From Myxococcota bacterium (GTDB lineage: Bacteria; Myxococcota_A; UBA9160; UBA6930), in assembly GCA_965223415.1 (NCBI GenBank), contig OZ245002.1:1952001-2016000 (forward strand): a stretch of DNA of 64,000 nt. Direction: 5' to 3'. Shown piece after piece: positions 20,153-30,037 of the stretch. The notes under the pieces are model-generated. The model had not been told where the DNA came from, made no database searches, and worked only from the letters and a program-made list of their open reading frames with translations. A program made the position numbers and the translations under genes. Each line of letters starts with the position of its first letter. The first letter of the stretch is position 1.

Positions 20153-20677
20153 TTATGTGTCCAGCGCCTCTTCGCTCCCCGTGGGAGCGCCGCGTTCGGC
20201 TCCCTCGCTCGCGATCAGCTCGAGAATCAGGAGACCCACACCGATCACGATCACCGAATCCGCGACGTTGAAGTCGGGCCACGAGGTGCCGGTCCACAGA
20301 CGGATGTGCAGGAAGTCGATCACCTCGCCGAAGCGGATGCGGTCGAGGAGGTTGCCCAGGGCACCGCCCAGGATCAGGCCCAGTGCGACGCCGGAGAGCC
20401 GATCCCTGGGGGCGAGCTGGCGGTAGAAGGAGAAGATCAGCACCACCGCGAGGGACGTGGCGATGAGGAAGAACCAGCGACGAAACGGCTCCGGCGCGGT
20501 CGCGAACATCGAGAAGGCGGCGCCCGGATTGCGAACGTGAGTCAGGTAGAAGAAACCCTCGATCACCGGCACGCGATCGCCGTAGGCGAGGTTCGTCACG
20601 ATCCATTGCTTGGTCGCCACGTCGAGGGGCAGGCTGGCGGCCAGGCCGACGAGAAACACCTTCAATTTCGGCGTCAT
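20153..20677 (-). CDS. lspA: Lipoprotein signal peptidase II
   Basis: D..TK, NPGAAFS, GALGNLLDR, VIDF, FNVAD. Confidence 0.96.
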   Translation of the reverse strand: MTPKLKVFLVGLAASLPLDVATKQWIVTNLAYGDRVPVIEGFFYLTHVRNPGAAFSMFATAPEPFRRWFFLIATSLAVVLIFSFYRQLAPRDRLSGVALGLILGGALGNLLDRIRFGEVIDFLHIRLWTGTSWPDFNVADSVIVIGVGLLILELIASEGAERGAPTGSEEALDT

Positions 20678-20693
20678 CGGGCGAAGGAACCTA

Positions 20694-21173
20694 TCACCGC
20701 AGCTCCAGGGCGTCGAGCCGACCGTCGGCCCACACTCCCGGAAACGCCCGCTCCGCCTCTCTCAGCGCTGCGGCATCCCCGAGCGCACCGCGCAGCCCGG
20801 TCGCATGCATCAGGGCCCCTGCGGGTGCGTCTTCCAGGCGGAGCAGCACCTCGGCCTGTTCCAGGAAGTGAACACCCTGGGTGGCGTCACCCCGCGCCTC
20901 GGCGCTGCGTGCGAGCGCGAGGAACGCGTAGGGATTGGTGGGATCCACCTGCAAGGCCCGCTCGAAGAGGGAGCGACCGCGAGAGGCGTTGCCCTCCGCC
21001 TCGGCGTCGAGCCCCCCGAGGACGAGCCGGGTGGACGCACGGCGCGCCGCATCTCCCGCACCGACGACGTGGGAGATGCGGAACGGCTCCGCCCGCGGGG
21101 CAGGGCCGAATGCGGCGCACCCGCTCGTCGCCAGTGCGAGCACCCAGACACCCACGAGACCGACGCGCGTCAC
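20694..21173 (-). CDS. TPR lipoprotein, candidate LpoP-like PBP1B activator
   Basis: GTGA overlap with the PBP1B stop; lipobox TSGC; TPR-like ERALQVDPTNPYAFLALA. Confidence 0.7.
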   Translation of the reverse strand: MTRVGLVGVWVLALATSGCAAFGPAPRAEPFRISHVVGAGDAARRASTRLVLGGLDAEAEGNASRGRSLFERALQVDPTNPYAFLALARSAEARGDATQGVHFLEQAEVLLRLEDAPAGALMHATGLRGALGDAAALREAERAFPGVWADGRLDALELR

Positions 21174-23611
21174 AGCCGATCCAGCCAACGCTCGAACAGG
21201 CGCTGGATGACGGCGCGGGGACCGCGCCGTCGACCGGCGTGATCGCGCTCCACGTCGCGTTCGAAGCGCGCCCACTCCGGGCAGGTGCGAGAGGGCTCGG
21301 TGCCCCTGAGGAAGTACTCGGGCTGCCGCTGGGGACAGCCGCGCATGGCGAGCGCACCGGTCGCAGGATCGACGTCGATGCGGGCGACGTCACCCGGAGG
21401 GACGAAGCGTCCGCGAATCCTCCCTCCGAGGGCGCTGCGCACGAAGCGCGCCCAGAGGGGAACCGCGACCCGGCTGGACGCCAGGCCGAGACTACGGGGC
21501 TGGTCGAAGCCGACCCAAACGGCCACCACGAGCTCCGGCGTGAATCCGACGAACCAGGCGTCCCGCTCGTCGTCGCTGGTGCCGGTCTTTCCCGCCACCG
21601 GTCCGTCGATGCCAGCGCTCCGCAGGGCGCGCGCCGTGCCGCGATCGACCACACCCTGCATGAGGGAGGTGGCGAGGAACGCGGTGCCCGCATCGAGCAC
21701 GCGCTCGAAACGGATCTCCTGGCGCTCGACCGTGCCCCCCCGCGGGTCGACCACGTCTTCGAAGGTGCGGATCTCCGGCCGCACGCCGCGATTGGCCAGG
21801 GTCGCGTAGGCCCTCGCCATCTCGAGGGGCGAGACGTCGGCGGCTCCGATCGCGAGGGAGGGCACCTGGGGAAGCGGGCTCTCGATGCCGAGCCGGCGCG
21901 CCACGTCGCTGATCCGCGCCACTCCCACCTCCTGGCCGAGGCGTGCCGCCGCCACGTTGAAGGAGCGCTCCATGGCGATCCGCACGGGCACGGTGCCGTG
22001 GAACTTGCGGTCGAAGTTCCGCGGCTGCCACGGCCCGGAGACGGTCGCCACCTCGAGGGGTTCGTCGGAGAGCTGGCTCGCCAGGGTGATGTGAGGCGAG
22101 CCGTTCACCGGCTCGAGCGCGGCGACGTACACGAAGGGCTTGAAGACGCTCCCCGCCGGGCGCCGGGCTTGGGTGCAGCGATCGAACTGGCTCTCGGCGT
22201 AGCTACGCCCGCCCACCATCGCGAGCACCTCGCCGGTCTGGGGCCGCAGGGCCACCAGGCACGCCTGCAGCGTGCCCTGCCCTTTCTTCAAGGTGGGGTG
22301 CTTCTCCTCCAGCTCGGCCAGGCCGCCGCGTACCGCATCGGTGGCGGCCCGCTGCAGGCGCAGGTCCAGGGTGGAGTAGATCTCGAGTCCTTCGGTGGTG
22401 AGGGTGTCGCTGCCGTAGAACTCGGGCAGCTGCCGGCGCAGGGCGTCGAGGAAGAAGCGCGCCTCGCGCGGCTCCGGCGTCACGTCCGCCACCTTGAGCG
22501 GCCGGGAGACGGCCAGCTGATAGGCGGGCGGGGCGATCCGCCCCTGCTCGAGCATCAGTCGCAGGACGAGGTCCCTGCGCCGGGTCGCGCTCTCGACCTG
22601 ACGGTGGGGGGAGAGGCCGTTCGGGCTCTGGATGATCGCCGCAATCAGCGCCGACTCGTGGAGGTCGAGGTGGCGCACCGACTTCCCGAAGTAGAGCCGA
22701 GACGCCTCGCCCACGCCGTGAATGGCCGTGGAGCCCCGCTGACCCAGGTAGATCTCGTTGAGATAGGCCTCGAGGATGGCCAGCTTGTCGTAGCGGGCCT
22801 CCAGCAGCAGGGCCATCAGCGCTTCCTGGGCCTTGCGCTCGTAGCTGCGCTCCGGCGTCAGGAAGAAGTTCTTCACCAGCTGCTGGGTGAGGGTGCTGCC
22901 GCCCTGGGTGATCCCGCCGGCGCGCAGGTTGGCGACGAGAGCGCCGAGGATGCGCCGCAGGTCGATCCCCGGGTGCTGGTGGAAGCGCTGGTCCTCCACC
23001 GCGAGCACGGCGTCGATGAGGTGCTGGGGGACGTCGCCGGCCTGGACGAGATCGCGCTGCTCGTGGTCGGGACCGTAGTAGGCGCCCACCAGCTCGGGCT
23101 CCAGGAAGAGCGCCCCCAGCTCGCGGCCGCTGCGGGCGTCCCGCAGCTCTTCGATGGCGCTGCCCGCGAAGCGGATCTTGACCAGTCGGGCGGGCTCGGC
23201 CCGGCTCGGATGCTCGAAAGCGCGCCGATGCAGGCGCACCCCGCGGGCGCCCCAGTGGAAGCGCCCCACGGGAATGTCCGCGGCGCGGCCGATCTCCCGG
23301 TAGCCCAGGCGCTTCAGGGTTCCGCGCAGGTCGACCTGCTTCCAGTCGAGGCCCGGATACAGGATGGTGGGGGCCGAGAGCACCCGCGACGGCACCCGGA
23401 ACAGCCGTCCCTCGAAGCGGGCGACGACGGTGCGGTCGAGTTCGCGGAGCATCCGGCCGAAGGCGAAGCCGCCGGCCATGCTGGCCACCAGCAGCAGCAG
23501 GCCGAGCCAGCGGCGCCAGCGCACACCGCTGCGGCGGGCGGGCTTGCGACGCCTGCCTGCGCTGCGCTTGCGTGCCGGTTTCTTCCTGGCGGCCACGGGC
23601 TCCCTCGGCAT
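21170..23611 (-). CDS. mrcB: Class A penicillin-binding protein 1B
   Basis: Basic N-terminus plus TM, UB2H-like insert, EDQRF, GGSTLTQQLVKN, SVFK, SFN, KTGT. Confidence 0.92.
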   Translation of the reverse strand: MPREPVAARKKPARKRSAGRRRKPARRSGVRWRRWLGLLLLVASMAGGFAFGRMLRELDRTVVARFEGRLFRVPSRVLSAPTILYPGLDWKQVDLRGTLKRLGYREIGRAADIPVGRFHWGARGVRLHRRAFEHPSRAEPARLVKIRFAGSAIEELRDARSGRELGALFLEPELVGAYYGPDHEQRDLVQAGDVPQHLIDAVLAVEDQRFHQHPGIDLRRILGALVANLRAGGITQGGSTLTQQLVKNFFLTPERSYERKAQEALMALLLEARYDKLAILEAYLNEIYLGQRGSTAIHGVGEASRLYFGKSVRHLDLHESALIAAIIQSPNGLSPHRQVESATRRRDLVLRLMLEQGRIAPPAYQLAVSRPLKVADVTPEPREARFFLDALRRQLPEFYGSDTLTTEGLEIYSTLDLRLQRAATDAVRGGLAELEEKHPTLKKGQGTLQACLVALRPQTGEVLAMVGGRSYAESQFDRCTQARRPAGSVFKPFVYVAALEPVNGSPHITLASQLSDEPLEVATVSGPWQPRNFDRKFHGTVPVRIAMERSFNVAAARLGQEVGVARISDVARRLGIESPLPQVPSLAIGAADVSPLEMARAYATLANRGVRPEIRTFEDVVDPRGGTVERQEIRFERVLDAGTAFLATSLMQGVVDRGTARALRSAGIDGPVAGKTGTSDDERDAWFVGFTPELVVAVWVGFDQPRSLGLASSRVAVPLWARFVRSALGGRIRGRFVPPGDVARIDVDPATGALAMRGCPQRQPEYFLRGTEPSRTCPEWARFERDVERDHAGRRRGPRAVIQRLFERWLDRL

Positions 23612-23752
23612 CCGGATGAGCTCCCGCGGCCGCGGGCCTCACCCCAGGCCGAGACTCGCATATGGGGTTGGGGGCCGCCCGGGGCGGACCGGTTCCGTTG
23701 CCGGTTCCCTGCGCATGTTGCGGAACGGCCCGGTTTTTCGGAGAGTTTCCGA

Positions 23753-25165
23753 ATGTCGGGGAAGGGCGAACAGGCTTCCACCAAGCTTTGGGGCGGGCGC
23801 TTCCAGGGAGCGACCGATCCCGCGGTCGAGCGCTTCAGCGCGTCGGTGGCCTTCGATCGGGCGCTGGCGCGCTACGACCTGCGCGGCTCGATCGCCCATG
23901 CCCGCATGCTCGGCGAGACCGGGCTCGTTTCTGCCGGCGACGTGGACGCCATCGTGGCGGGGCTCGAGGCCATCGGCGCGGACATCGAGGCCGGTCGCTT
24001 CGCCTTCGACGACGCCCTCGAGGACATCCACATGAACGTGGAGGCCGCCCTGCGGGAGCGCATCGGCCCGGCAGCGGGGCGCCTGCATACGGGGCGCAGC
24101 CGCAACGACCAGGTGGCGACGGACCTCGCGCTCTACCTGCGCGACGCCGCCGCTGCCGCGGAGGCGGGGCTGGTGCAGCTGCGGGGCGTGCTGCTCGAGC
24201 GCGCCCGGGAGCACGTGGACACGGTGCTGCCCGGCTACACCCATCTGCAGCGGGCCCAGCCGGTGCGGCTCGCTCACCACTGGCTCGCGTTCTTCGAGAT
24301 GTGGACGCGAGACGCCGGCCGCTTCCGGGACCTGCGCGCGCGCCTCGACCGCGCGCCCCTCGGCTCCGGGGCGCTGGCGGGCTCGACCCTTCCCCTCGAC
24401 CGTGCCCGGACCGCGGAGAGCCTGGGCTTCGACGGCCCGTCCCGGAACAGCATGGACGCAGTGGCCTCCCGGGACGGCGCCCTCGAGTTCCTCTCGGCGG
24501 CGGCCATCGCGATGGTGCACCTCTCCCGCTTCGCGGAGGAGCTGGTGCTGTGGTCGTCCAGCGAGTTCGGCTTCGTCACCCTGGCCGATGCCTACTCGAC
24601 GGGCTCGAGCCTGATGCCCCAGAAGAAGAACCCGGACGTGCCGGAGCTGGTGCGGGGCAAGAGTGGCCGGGCCATCGGCAACCTGGTCACCCTGCTGACG
24701 GTGATGAAGGGGCTGCCCCTCACCTACAACCGGGACCTCCAAGAGGACAAGGAGCCGCTCTTCGACTCGGCGCGCACCCTGGGCGACAGCCTCGAGGTAA
24801 TGGCCGGCGCCCTGGCGACGCTCCGCGTGAACGGCGAGCGCATGCGCGAGGCGGCGAGCGATCCGCTGCTGCTCGCCACCGACCTGGCCGAGGCCCTGGT
24901 GCGGCAGGACGTCCCGTTCCGGGAGGCGCACGAGGTGGTCGGCAAGCTCGTGGCCCACTGCGAAGCGAACGATCTGGACCTCGCCGCCCTCTCCCACGAG
25001 GCACTGCGCGGGTTCCATCCCGCCTTCCCTGCCGGGGCGGACGAGCTGTTGGCGCTGGAGCGAGCCCTCGAGGAGCGCGCGCTCCCGGGCGGCACCGCGC
25101 GGGCACGGGTCATGGAAGCGCTGGACGAGGCCACCGCGCGCCTGGCCGGCGAGGGGGAGGAGTGA
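23753..25165 (+). CDS. argH: Argininosuccinate lyase
   Basis: LWGGRF, GRSRNDQV, PGYTHLQRAQP, GSSLMPQKKNPD, YNRDLQEDK. Confidence 0.97.
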   Translation: MSGKGEQASTKLWGGRFQGATDPAVERFSASVAFDRALARYDLRGSIAHARMLGETGLVSAGDVDAIVAGLEAIGADIEAGRFAFDDALEDIHMNVEAALRERIGPAAGRLHTGRSRNDQVATDLALYLRDAAAAAEAGLVQLRGVLLERAREHVDTVLPGYTHLQRAQPVRLAHHWLAFFEMWTRDAGRFRDLRARLDRAPLGSGALAGSTLPLDRARTAESLGFDGPSRNSMDAVASRDGALEFLSAAAIAMVHLSRFAEELVLWSSSEFGFVTLADAYSTGSSLMPQKKNPDVPELVRGKSGRAIGNLVTLLTVMKGLPLTYNRDLQEDKEPLFDSARTLGDSLEVMAGALATLRVNGERMREAASDPLLLATDLAEALVRQDVPFREAHEVVGKLVAHCEANDLDLAALSHEALRGFHPAFPAGADELLALERALEERALPGGTARARVMEALDEATARLAGEGEE

Positions 25166-25167
25166 GC

Positions 25168-25344
25168 ATGCGGAAGATCGCCCTCGGGGTGCTGGTGGTC
25201 GCGGGCCTCGGGCTCGGTTGTGGCAAGTACGGCCCGCCGGTGCGCGCGGCCCAGCCCGCGGAGGAGGCCGCCGTGCCGGCCCCGGCGGCCCCGGCCCCGG
25301 CGCCCGCAGAGACGCCGCCAGCAGCGGAGGCTCCCGCTCCGTGA
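25168..25344 (+). CDS. Small lipoprotein (LptM/YifL-like)
   Basis: Signal peptide with LGLGC, then CGKYGPP; Pro/Ala tail; coupled between argH and dapF. Confidence 0.65.
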   Translation: MRKIALGVLVVAGLGLGCGKYGPPVRAAQPAEEAAVPAPAAPAPAPAETPPAAEAPAP

Positions 25345-26201
25345 CCTTGACGCCGTTCACGAAGATGCACGGCGCGGGCAACGACTTCGTCGTGCTCGAC
25401 GGGCTGCGGAATGAGCTGCCGCCCCTCGAGCCCGTGGCGGCGGCCCTCGGCAACCGGCACACCGGCGTCGGCTTCGACCAGCTGCTCGTCGTGCGGCCGA
25501 GCAGCGCGGCGGACTTCCGCATGGAGATCTACAACGCGGACGGCTCCCAGGTGGAGATGTGCGCGAACGGCATCCGCTGCTTCTACCGCTACCTGCGCGA
25601 CGCGGAACACACCGAGGCGGACGAGGTGCGGGTCGAGACCCTCTCCGGCGTGGTCGTGCCGCGCCATGCCGGTGAAGGCTGGGTGACCGTCGACATGGGG
25701 CCGCCGGTGCTCGCCCCGGCAAAGATCCCCACCACGCTGGGCGACCCGGCGGGAGAGGGCCCGGTGCTCGATGTCCCCCTGGAGGTGGGCGGCCAGACGC
25801 TCACGGTCTCCGCCATCTCGATGGGCAACCCGCACTGCGTCGTCGTGGTGGACGACGTCGACGCCTTCCCGGTGGAGGCGCTGGGGCCCAAGATCGAGCA
25901 CCACCCGGCGTTCCCGAACCGGGTGAACGTCGAGTTCGTGCGCGTCGCGAGCCGTGCACGCGTCCTGCAGCGCACCTGGGAGCGCGGCACCGGCGAGACG
26001 CTGGCCTGCGGCAGCGGCGCCTGCGCCACCGCCGTCGCGCAGATGCTGCGGGGCCAGGTGGACCCGGAGGTCGCGATCGAGCTGCGCGGCGGCGAGCTGC
26101 GCATCGCGTGGGACGGCGGGGACGCGAGCGTCTTCATGACCGGCCCCGCCGCACACGTCTATCGCGGCGAGATCGATCTCGCTGCGCTCGCGAGGGGGTG
26201 A
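25341..26201 (+). CDS. dapF: Diaminopimelate epimerase
   Basis: KMHGAGNDF, EMCANG, MGNPH, ERGTGETLACGSG. Confidence 0.96.
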   Translation: MTLTPFTKMHGAGNDFVVLDGLRNELPPLEPVAAALGNRHTGVGFDQLLVVRPSSAADFRMEIYNADGSQVEMCANGIRCFYRYLRDAEHTEADEVRVETLSGVVVPRHAGEGWVTVDMGPPVLAPAKIPTTLGDPAGEGPVLDVPLEVGGQTLTVSAISMGNPHCVVVVDDVDAFPVEALGPKIEHHPAFPNRVNVEFVRVASRARVLQRTWERGTGETLACGSGACATAVAQMLRGQVDPEVAIELRGGELRIAWDGGDASVFMTGPAAHVYRGEIDLAALARG

Positions 26202-26203
26202 GC

Positions 26204-27076
26204 ATGTTCGAAGGAGTGCTGACGGCGCTGGTCACCCCGTTCCGGGACGGAGCGGTGGACGAACGCGCCCTCCAGGAGCTGGTGGAGCTGCAGATCGGCG
26301 CCGGCGTGGACGGACTGGTGCCCTGCGGCTCGACCGGCGAGTCCGCGACCCTGAGCCACGCGGAGCACCGCCGGGTGGTCGAGGTGGTGGTGGCGGCGGC
26401 CCGGGGACGCGTGCCGGTCGTGGCGGGCACCGGCTCCAACTCGACCCGCGAGGCGGTGGAGCTGACCCGTCACGCCAAGGAGGCGGGTGCCGACGGCGCG
26501 CTCCTGATCTCGCCCTACTACAACAAGCCCACACCCGACGGCATCGTCCAGCACTACGCGGCGATCGCCGCGGAGACGGCGTTCCCGTTGATCGTCTACA
26601 ACATCCCGGGGCGCACGGCCTCGAACATCCTCCCGGAGACCTTCGCCCGGCTCGCCGAGATCGAGCAGGTGGTGGCGGTGAAGGAATCCTGCGGCGACAT
26701 GGACCAGGTGGCGCACCTGATCGCGGCCACGCCGGACGACTTCCGGGTGCTCTCCGGCGACGACTGGGGCACGCTGCCGATCCTTGCGCTGGGTGGCGCC
26801 GGCGTGATCTCGACGACCGGAAACGTGGCGCCCTCGGACATGGTGGAGCTGGTCCGGGCCTACAAGGCCGGCGATCTGGGGCGCGCGCGGGAGGCCTACT
26901 ACCGGCTGCTGCCGCTGTTCGACGCGCTCTTCTGCGAGACCAACCCGATCCCCGTGAAGGCGGCCCTGGCGCTGCGGGGGCTGTGCACCGACGAGATCCG
27001 GCTGCCGCTCACCCCGATCACGCCGCCGAACCGCGAGCGACTGCAGGTCGCCCTGAAAGAGTTCGGTCTCCTGTGA
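26204..27076 (+). CDS. dapA: 4-hydroxy-tetrahydrodipicolinate synthase
   Basis: GSTGE, PYYNKP, YNIPGRT, VKES, ETNPIPVK. Confidence 0.95.
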   Translation: MFEGVLTALVTPFRDGAVDERALQELVELQIGAGVDGLVPCGSTGESATLSHAEHRRVVEVVVAAARGRVPVVAGTGSNSTREAVELTRHAKEAGADGALLISPYYNKPTPDGIVQHYAAIAAETAFPLIVYNIPGRTASNILPETFARLAEIEQVVAVKESCGDMDQVAHLIAATPDDFRVLSGDDWGTLPILALGGAGVISTTGNVAPSDMVELVRAYKAGDLGRAREAYYRLLPLFDALFCETNPIPVKAALALRGLCTDEIRLPLTPITPPNRERLQVALKEFGLL

Positions 27077-27864
27077 GCGGACGGGTCCTGGTCGTCGGCG
27101 CGCTCGGACGCATGGGCGAGCGGGTGCGGGCGGCGCTCCGTGGGCATCCTGCCCTGTCACTGCGTGCCGCGCTGGAGGCGCCGGGACATCCCCGACTCGG
27201 GGAAGAGCTGGCGCCCGGTGTGACCGTGGGAGACGATCCGGCGGCCGCCCTCGACGCCTGCGACGTGGCCATCGTGTTCGCGAACCCCGCGGCCACCCTG
27301 GCCGTGCTGCGGGTCGCGGCCGACCGGGGCCTGCCCTGCGTGGTCGGCACGACGGGCTTCGACCCGGAGCAGCGGGCGGAGCTCGAGGCGCTCGCGGGCA
27401 AGATCCCGCTGGTCGTCGCCGCCAACTTCTCGGTGGCGGTGAACGTGCTCTTCCACCTGGCGCGGGAGGCGGCGCGCCTGCTCGGTCCCGGCTTCGATGC
27501 GGAGATCGTCGAGATCCATCACGGCGGCAAGGTCGACGCGCCGAGCGGCACCGCGCTGCGGCTCGGTGCCGCAGTCGCCGAGGGCCGGGGGCAGAACCTC
27601 GACGAGCACCTGGTGCTCGCGAGAGAAGGGCTGACGGGACCCCGCCCGGAGGCGGCCATCGGGATCCAGACCCTTCGCGGCGGCGACAACCCGGGCGAGC
27701 ACACCCTGCATCTCGTGGGCAGCGGCGAGCGCCTGGAGCTGACCCACCGCTCCATGACCCGGGACCACTTCGCCCGCGGCGCGGTGCGTGCGGCAGCCTG
27801 GGTGAGCGAGCGCGGACCCGGGCTCTACGACATGGAGCAGGTACTGGGGCTCGGAGGCGCGTGA
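27073..27864 (+). CDS. dapB: 4-hydroxy-tetrahydrodipicolinate reductase
   Basis: GALGRMG, GTTG, ANFS, EIHHGGKVDAPSGTA. Confidence 0.95.
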   Translation: MSGRVLVVGALGRMGERVRAALRGHPALSLRAALEAPGHPRLGEELAPGVTVGDDPAAALDACDVAIVFANPAATLAVLRVAADRGLPCVVGTTGFDPEQRAELEALAGKIPLVVAANFSVAVNVLFHLAREAARLLGPGFDAEIVEIHHGGKVDAPSGTALRLGAAVAEGRGQNLDEHLVLAREGLTGPRPEAAIGIQTLRGGDNPGEHTLHLVGSGERLELTHRSMTRDHFARGAVRAAAWVSERGPGLYDMEQVLGLGGA

Positions 27865-28673
27865 GCACGCCGGGCTCGCCCCAGGGCCGGCTCGTCGCGG
27901 GCATCTCCCTGGAAGCGCCAGAGCGGCTGGGCATCGCGGGCGGCGAAGCGATCCTGTTCACCCGAGCATCCCCGGACCGCGACGCCAACGAGGACGCCGC
28001 CGGGCTGTTTCCCCTGGGCCCCGGAGGCGTGCTCGCCGTGGCCGACGGGGTGGGCGGCCTTCCCGCCGGCGAAAGCGCCTCGCGGACGGTGCTCGAGTGC
28101 CTGTGGGATGCGCTGCTCGCCGCGGACCCGAGCGCCGAGAGCCTGCGCGGATCGATCCTCGACGGCATCGAAGCGGGCAATCAGGCGCTGCTGGCGAACG
28201 GCTCCGGCGCGGCGACCACCCTGGCGGTGGCCGAGCTGCGCGGCCGCGAGCTGCGCACCTACCACGTCGGCGATGCGAGCATCCTGCTCGTCGGCCAGCG
28301 CGGGCGCATCAAGTGCCAGACCGTCGCCCACTCGCCAGTCGGCTACGCCCAGGAGGCCGGCCTGCTCGACGAGGAGGAGGCCCTCGACCACGACCAGCGC
28401 CACCTCATCTCGAACGCCGTCGGCACCCCCGACATGCGCATCGAGGTGGGCAGCCCCATCACCATGGCCCCCCGCGACACCCTGCTGCTCGCGACCGACG
28501 GCCTGTTCGACAACCTCCTCCTCTACGAGATCGTCGAAGCCATCCGCCGCGGCCCCCTCGACCGCGCCACCCACACCCTCCAGACCACCTGCCGGCGCCG
28601 CATGCGCGGCGAAGAGCCCGGCCCCTCCAAGCCCGACGACGCCACCCTCGTGCTGTTCCGCGCTACGCGGTGA
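27861..28673 (+). CDS. PP2C/PPM-family Ser/Thr phosphatase
   Basis: NEDA, VADGVGG, VGDA, TDGL, DDAT; GTGA overlap with dapB. Confidence 0.9.
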   Translation: MSTPGSPQGRLVAGISLEAPERLGIAGGEAILFTRASPDRDANEDAAGLFPLGPGGVLAVADGVGGLPAGESASRTVLECLWDALLAADPSAESLRGSILDGIEAGNQALLANGSGAATTLAVAELRGRELRTYHVGDASILLVGQRGRIKCQTVAHSPVGYAQEAGLLDEEEALDHDQRHLISNAVGTPDMRIEVGSPITMAPRDTLLLATDGLFDNLLLYEIVEAIRRGPLDRATHTLQTTCRRRMRGEEPGPSKPDDATLVLFRATR

Positions 28674-29991
28674 AGGAGCCGGCTTTGCGTTCGCGGCGGC
28701 CGCACCAGGGGCAGTGACGCCAGTGGGCCTTGGAGACGGGCCCGCGGCAGCGGGGACAGCGGTCGGACAGGTCCGGGTGCGACCAGGGGCGCTTGGGCTT
28801 CTGCTTGCAGAGGGGGCAGTAGCGCATGAAGGGGCGCAGCTCGCCCTCGCAGCCGCGACGAGGACAGCGGCGCTCGGCGGCGGGGTCGGGGCGGGGCTTG
28901 CGGCCGTTGCCTTCGAGGCGGCCGGCGTAGCACCAGGGGCAGGCGGTCCACTCGGCCCGCACCCCGCGCTCGCACTCGGGGCACACCAGCGGGTAGCTCG
29001 TGATCTCCCGAAAGGAGTTGTCCTGGCTCCCGCACCAGGGACACACCGCCATGGTCTCGGCGATCGGGCCGTCGCAGCGGTGGCAGCGATAGCGCATGCC
29101 GAGGGCCGCACCGTGACGCCGTCGGAAGTGCTCGGCCTCCACGGCCAGGGGCGAGCGGGTCGGCGCGGGCTTGGGGCGGCGCTTTCGCGGCTTGGGCGCG
29201 GCGGCCTTTTCCGCGCGGCGGAACGCCGCCTCGAGGGCGCGGTGAAAGGCGGCCCCGTCCGGGTAGCGTCGGTCCGGATCGAACTCGGCCGCCTTGCGCA
29301 GCACCGCCTGCACCGGCGCCGGCACCTTGCGGACGAAGGTCCGGTGGCCCGGCGGAGGCCACTCGAAGGGCCAGGTGAGCAAGTGACCCGTCAGGATCTC
29401 GTAGGCGATCAGCCCGACCGAGAAGACGTCCGAGCTGAAGCGGGGACGTCCGTAGGCCTGCTCGGGCGCCATGTAGCCCAGGGTTCCCGCCTCGGTGTAG
29501 GTGGCGCTCGCGCCCTTGTGAAGGCGCCAGGTCCCGAAATCGCCCAGGGCGGCGCGGCGATCCTTGAAGATCATCACGTTCTCGGGCTTCACGTCCCGGT
29601 GGAGGATCCGGCGCGCGTGGGCGTGGGCGAGGCCCGCGGCGACGTCGCGGATGATCGAGAGGGCCACCGCCGCGGAGCGTCGGGCGCCGACGTAGTCCGC
29701 GAGGCTCCGCTCGGCCAGCTCGGTGGCGATCAGGAACCAGCCGTCGATCCAGTCCGCATTCAGGACACGCAGCACGTTGGGGTGATCCAGGCGGCTGGCC
29801 ACCCGCGCCTCGTGCTCGATGGCGGCCCGCCCGTGATCCTCGACCTGGCGGGGATCGGCGATCTTGAGCGCGACGAAGCGCCCCTCGACGGTGTCCCGCG
29901 CCTTCCACACCGCGCCGAAGGAGCCCTTGCCGACGAGGCGCTCCAGCCGGTATTTCCCGAGCCTGGATCCCCTGCGAAGCGCGCGCGCCAT
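28663..29991 (-). CDS. Soluble Hanks-type Ser/Thr kinase with four C-terminal zinc ribbons
   Basis: GKGSFG, VALK, HRDVKPEN, DFG, GTLGYMAPE; eight CxxC-type pairs (CHRC/CPWC, CPEC/CPWC, CPRRGC/CPLC, CPRC/CPWC). Confidence 0.92.
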   Translation of the reverse strand: MARALRRGSRLGKYRLERLVGKGSFGAVWKARDTVEGRFVALKIADPRQVEDHGRAAIEHEARVASRLDHPNVLRVLNADWIDGWFLIATELAERSLADYVGARRSAAVALSIIRDVAAGLAHAHARRILHRDVKPENVMIFKDRRAALGDFGTWRLHKGASATYTEAGTLGYMAPEQAYGRPRFSSDVFSVGLIAYEILTGHLLTWPFEWPPPGHRTFVRKVPAPVQAVLRKAAEFDPDRRYPDGAAFHRALEAAFRRAEKAAAPKPRKRRPKPAPTRSPLAVEAEHFRRRHGAALGMRYRCHRCDGPIAETMAVCPWCGSQDNSFREITSYPLVCPECERGVRAEWTACPWCYAGRLEGNGRKPRPDPAAERRCPRRGCEGELRPFMRYCPLCKQKPKRPWSHPDLSDRCPRCRGPVSKAHWRHCPWCGRRERKAGSFTA

Positions 29992-30037
29992 CGCGCGAAT
30001 CCTAACGTGCGCGCGGCGGGGATCGAGCCCCGCGTGC

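Noticed and set aside
20306..25165. 1619-aa plus-strand ORF
   Set aside because: It is an antisense shadow of lspA/TPR/mrcB running in frame into argH; only 23753-25165 has family motifs.
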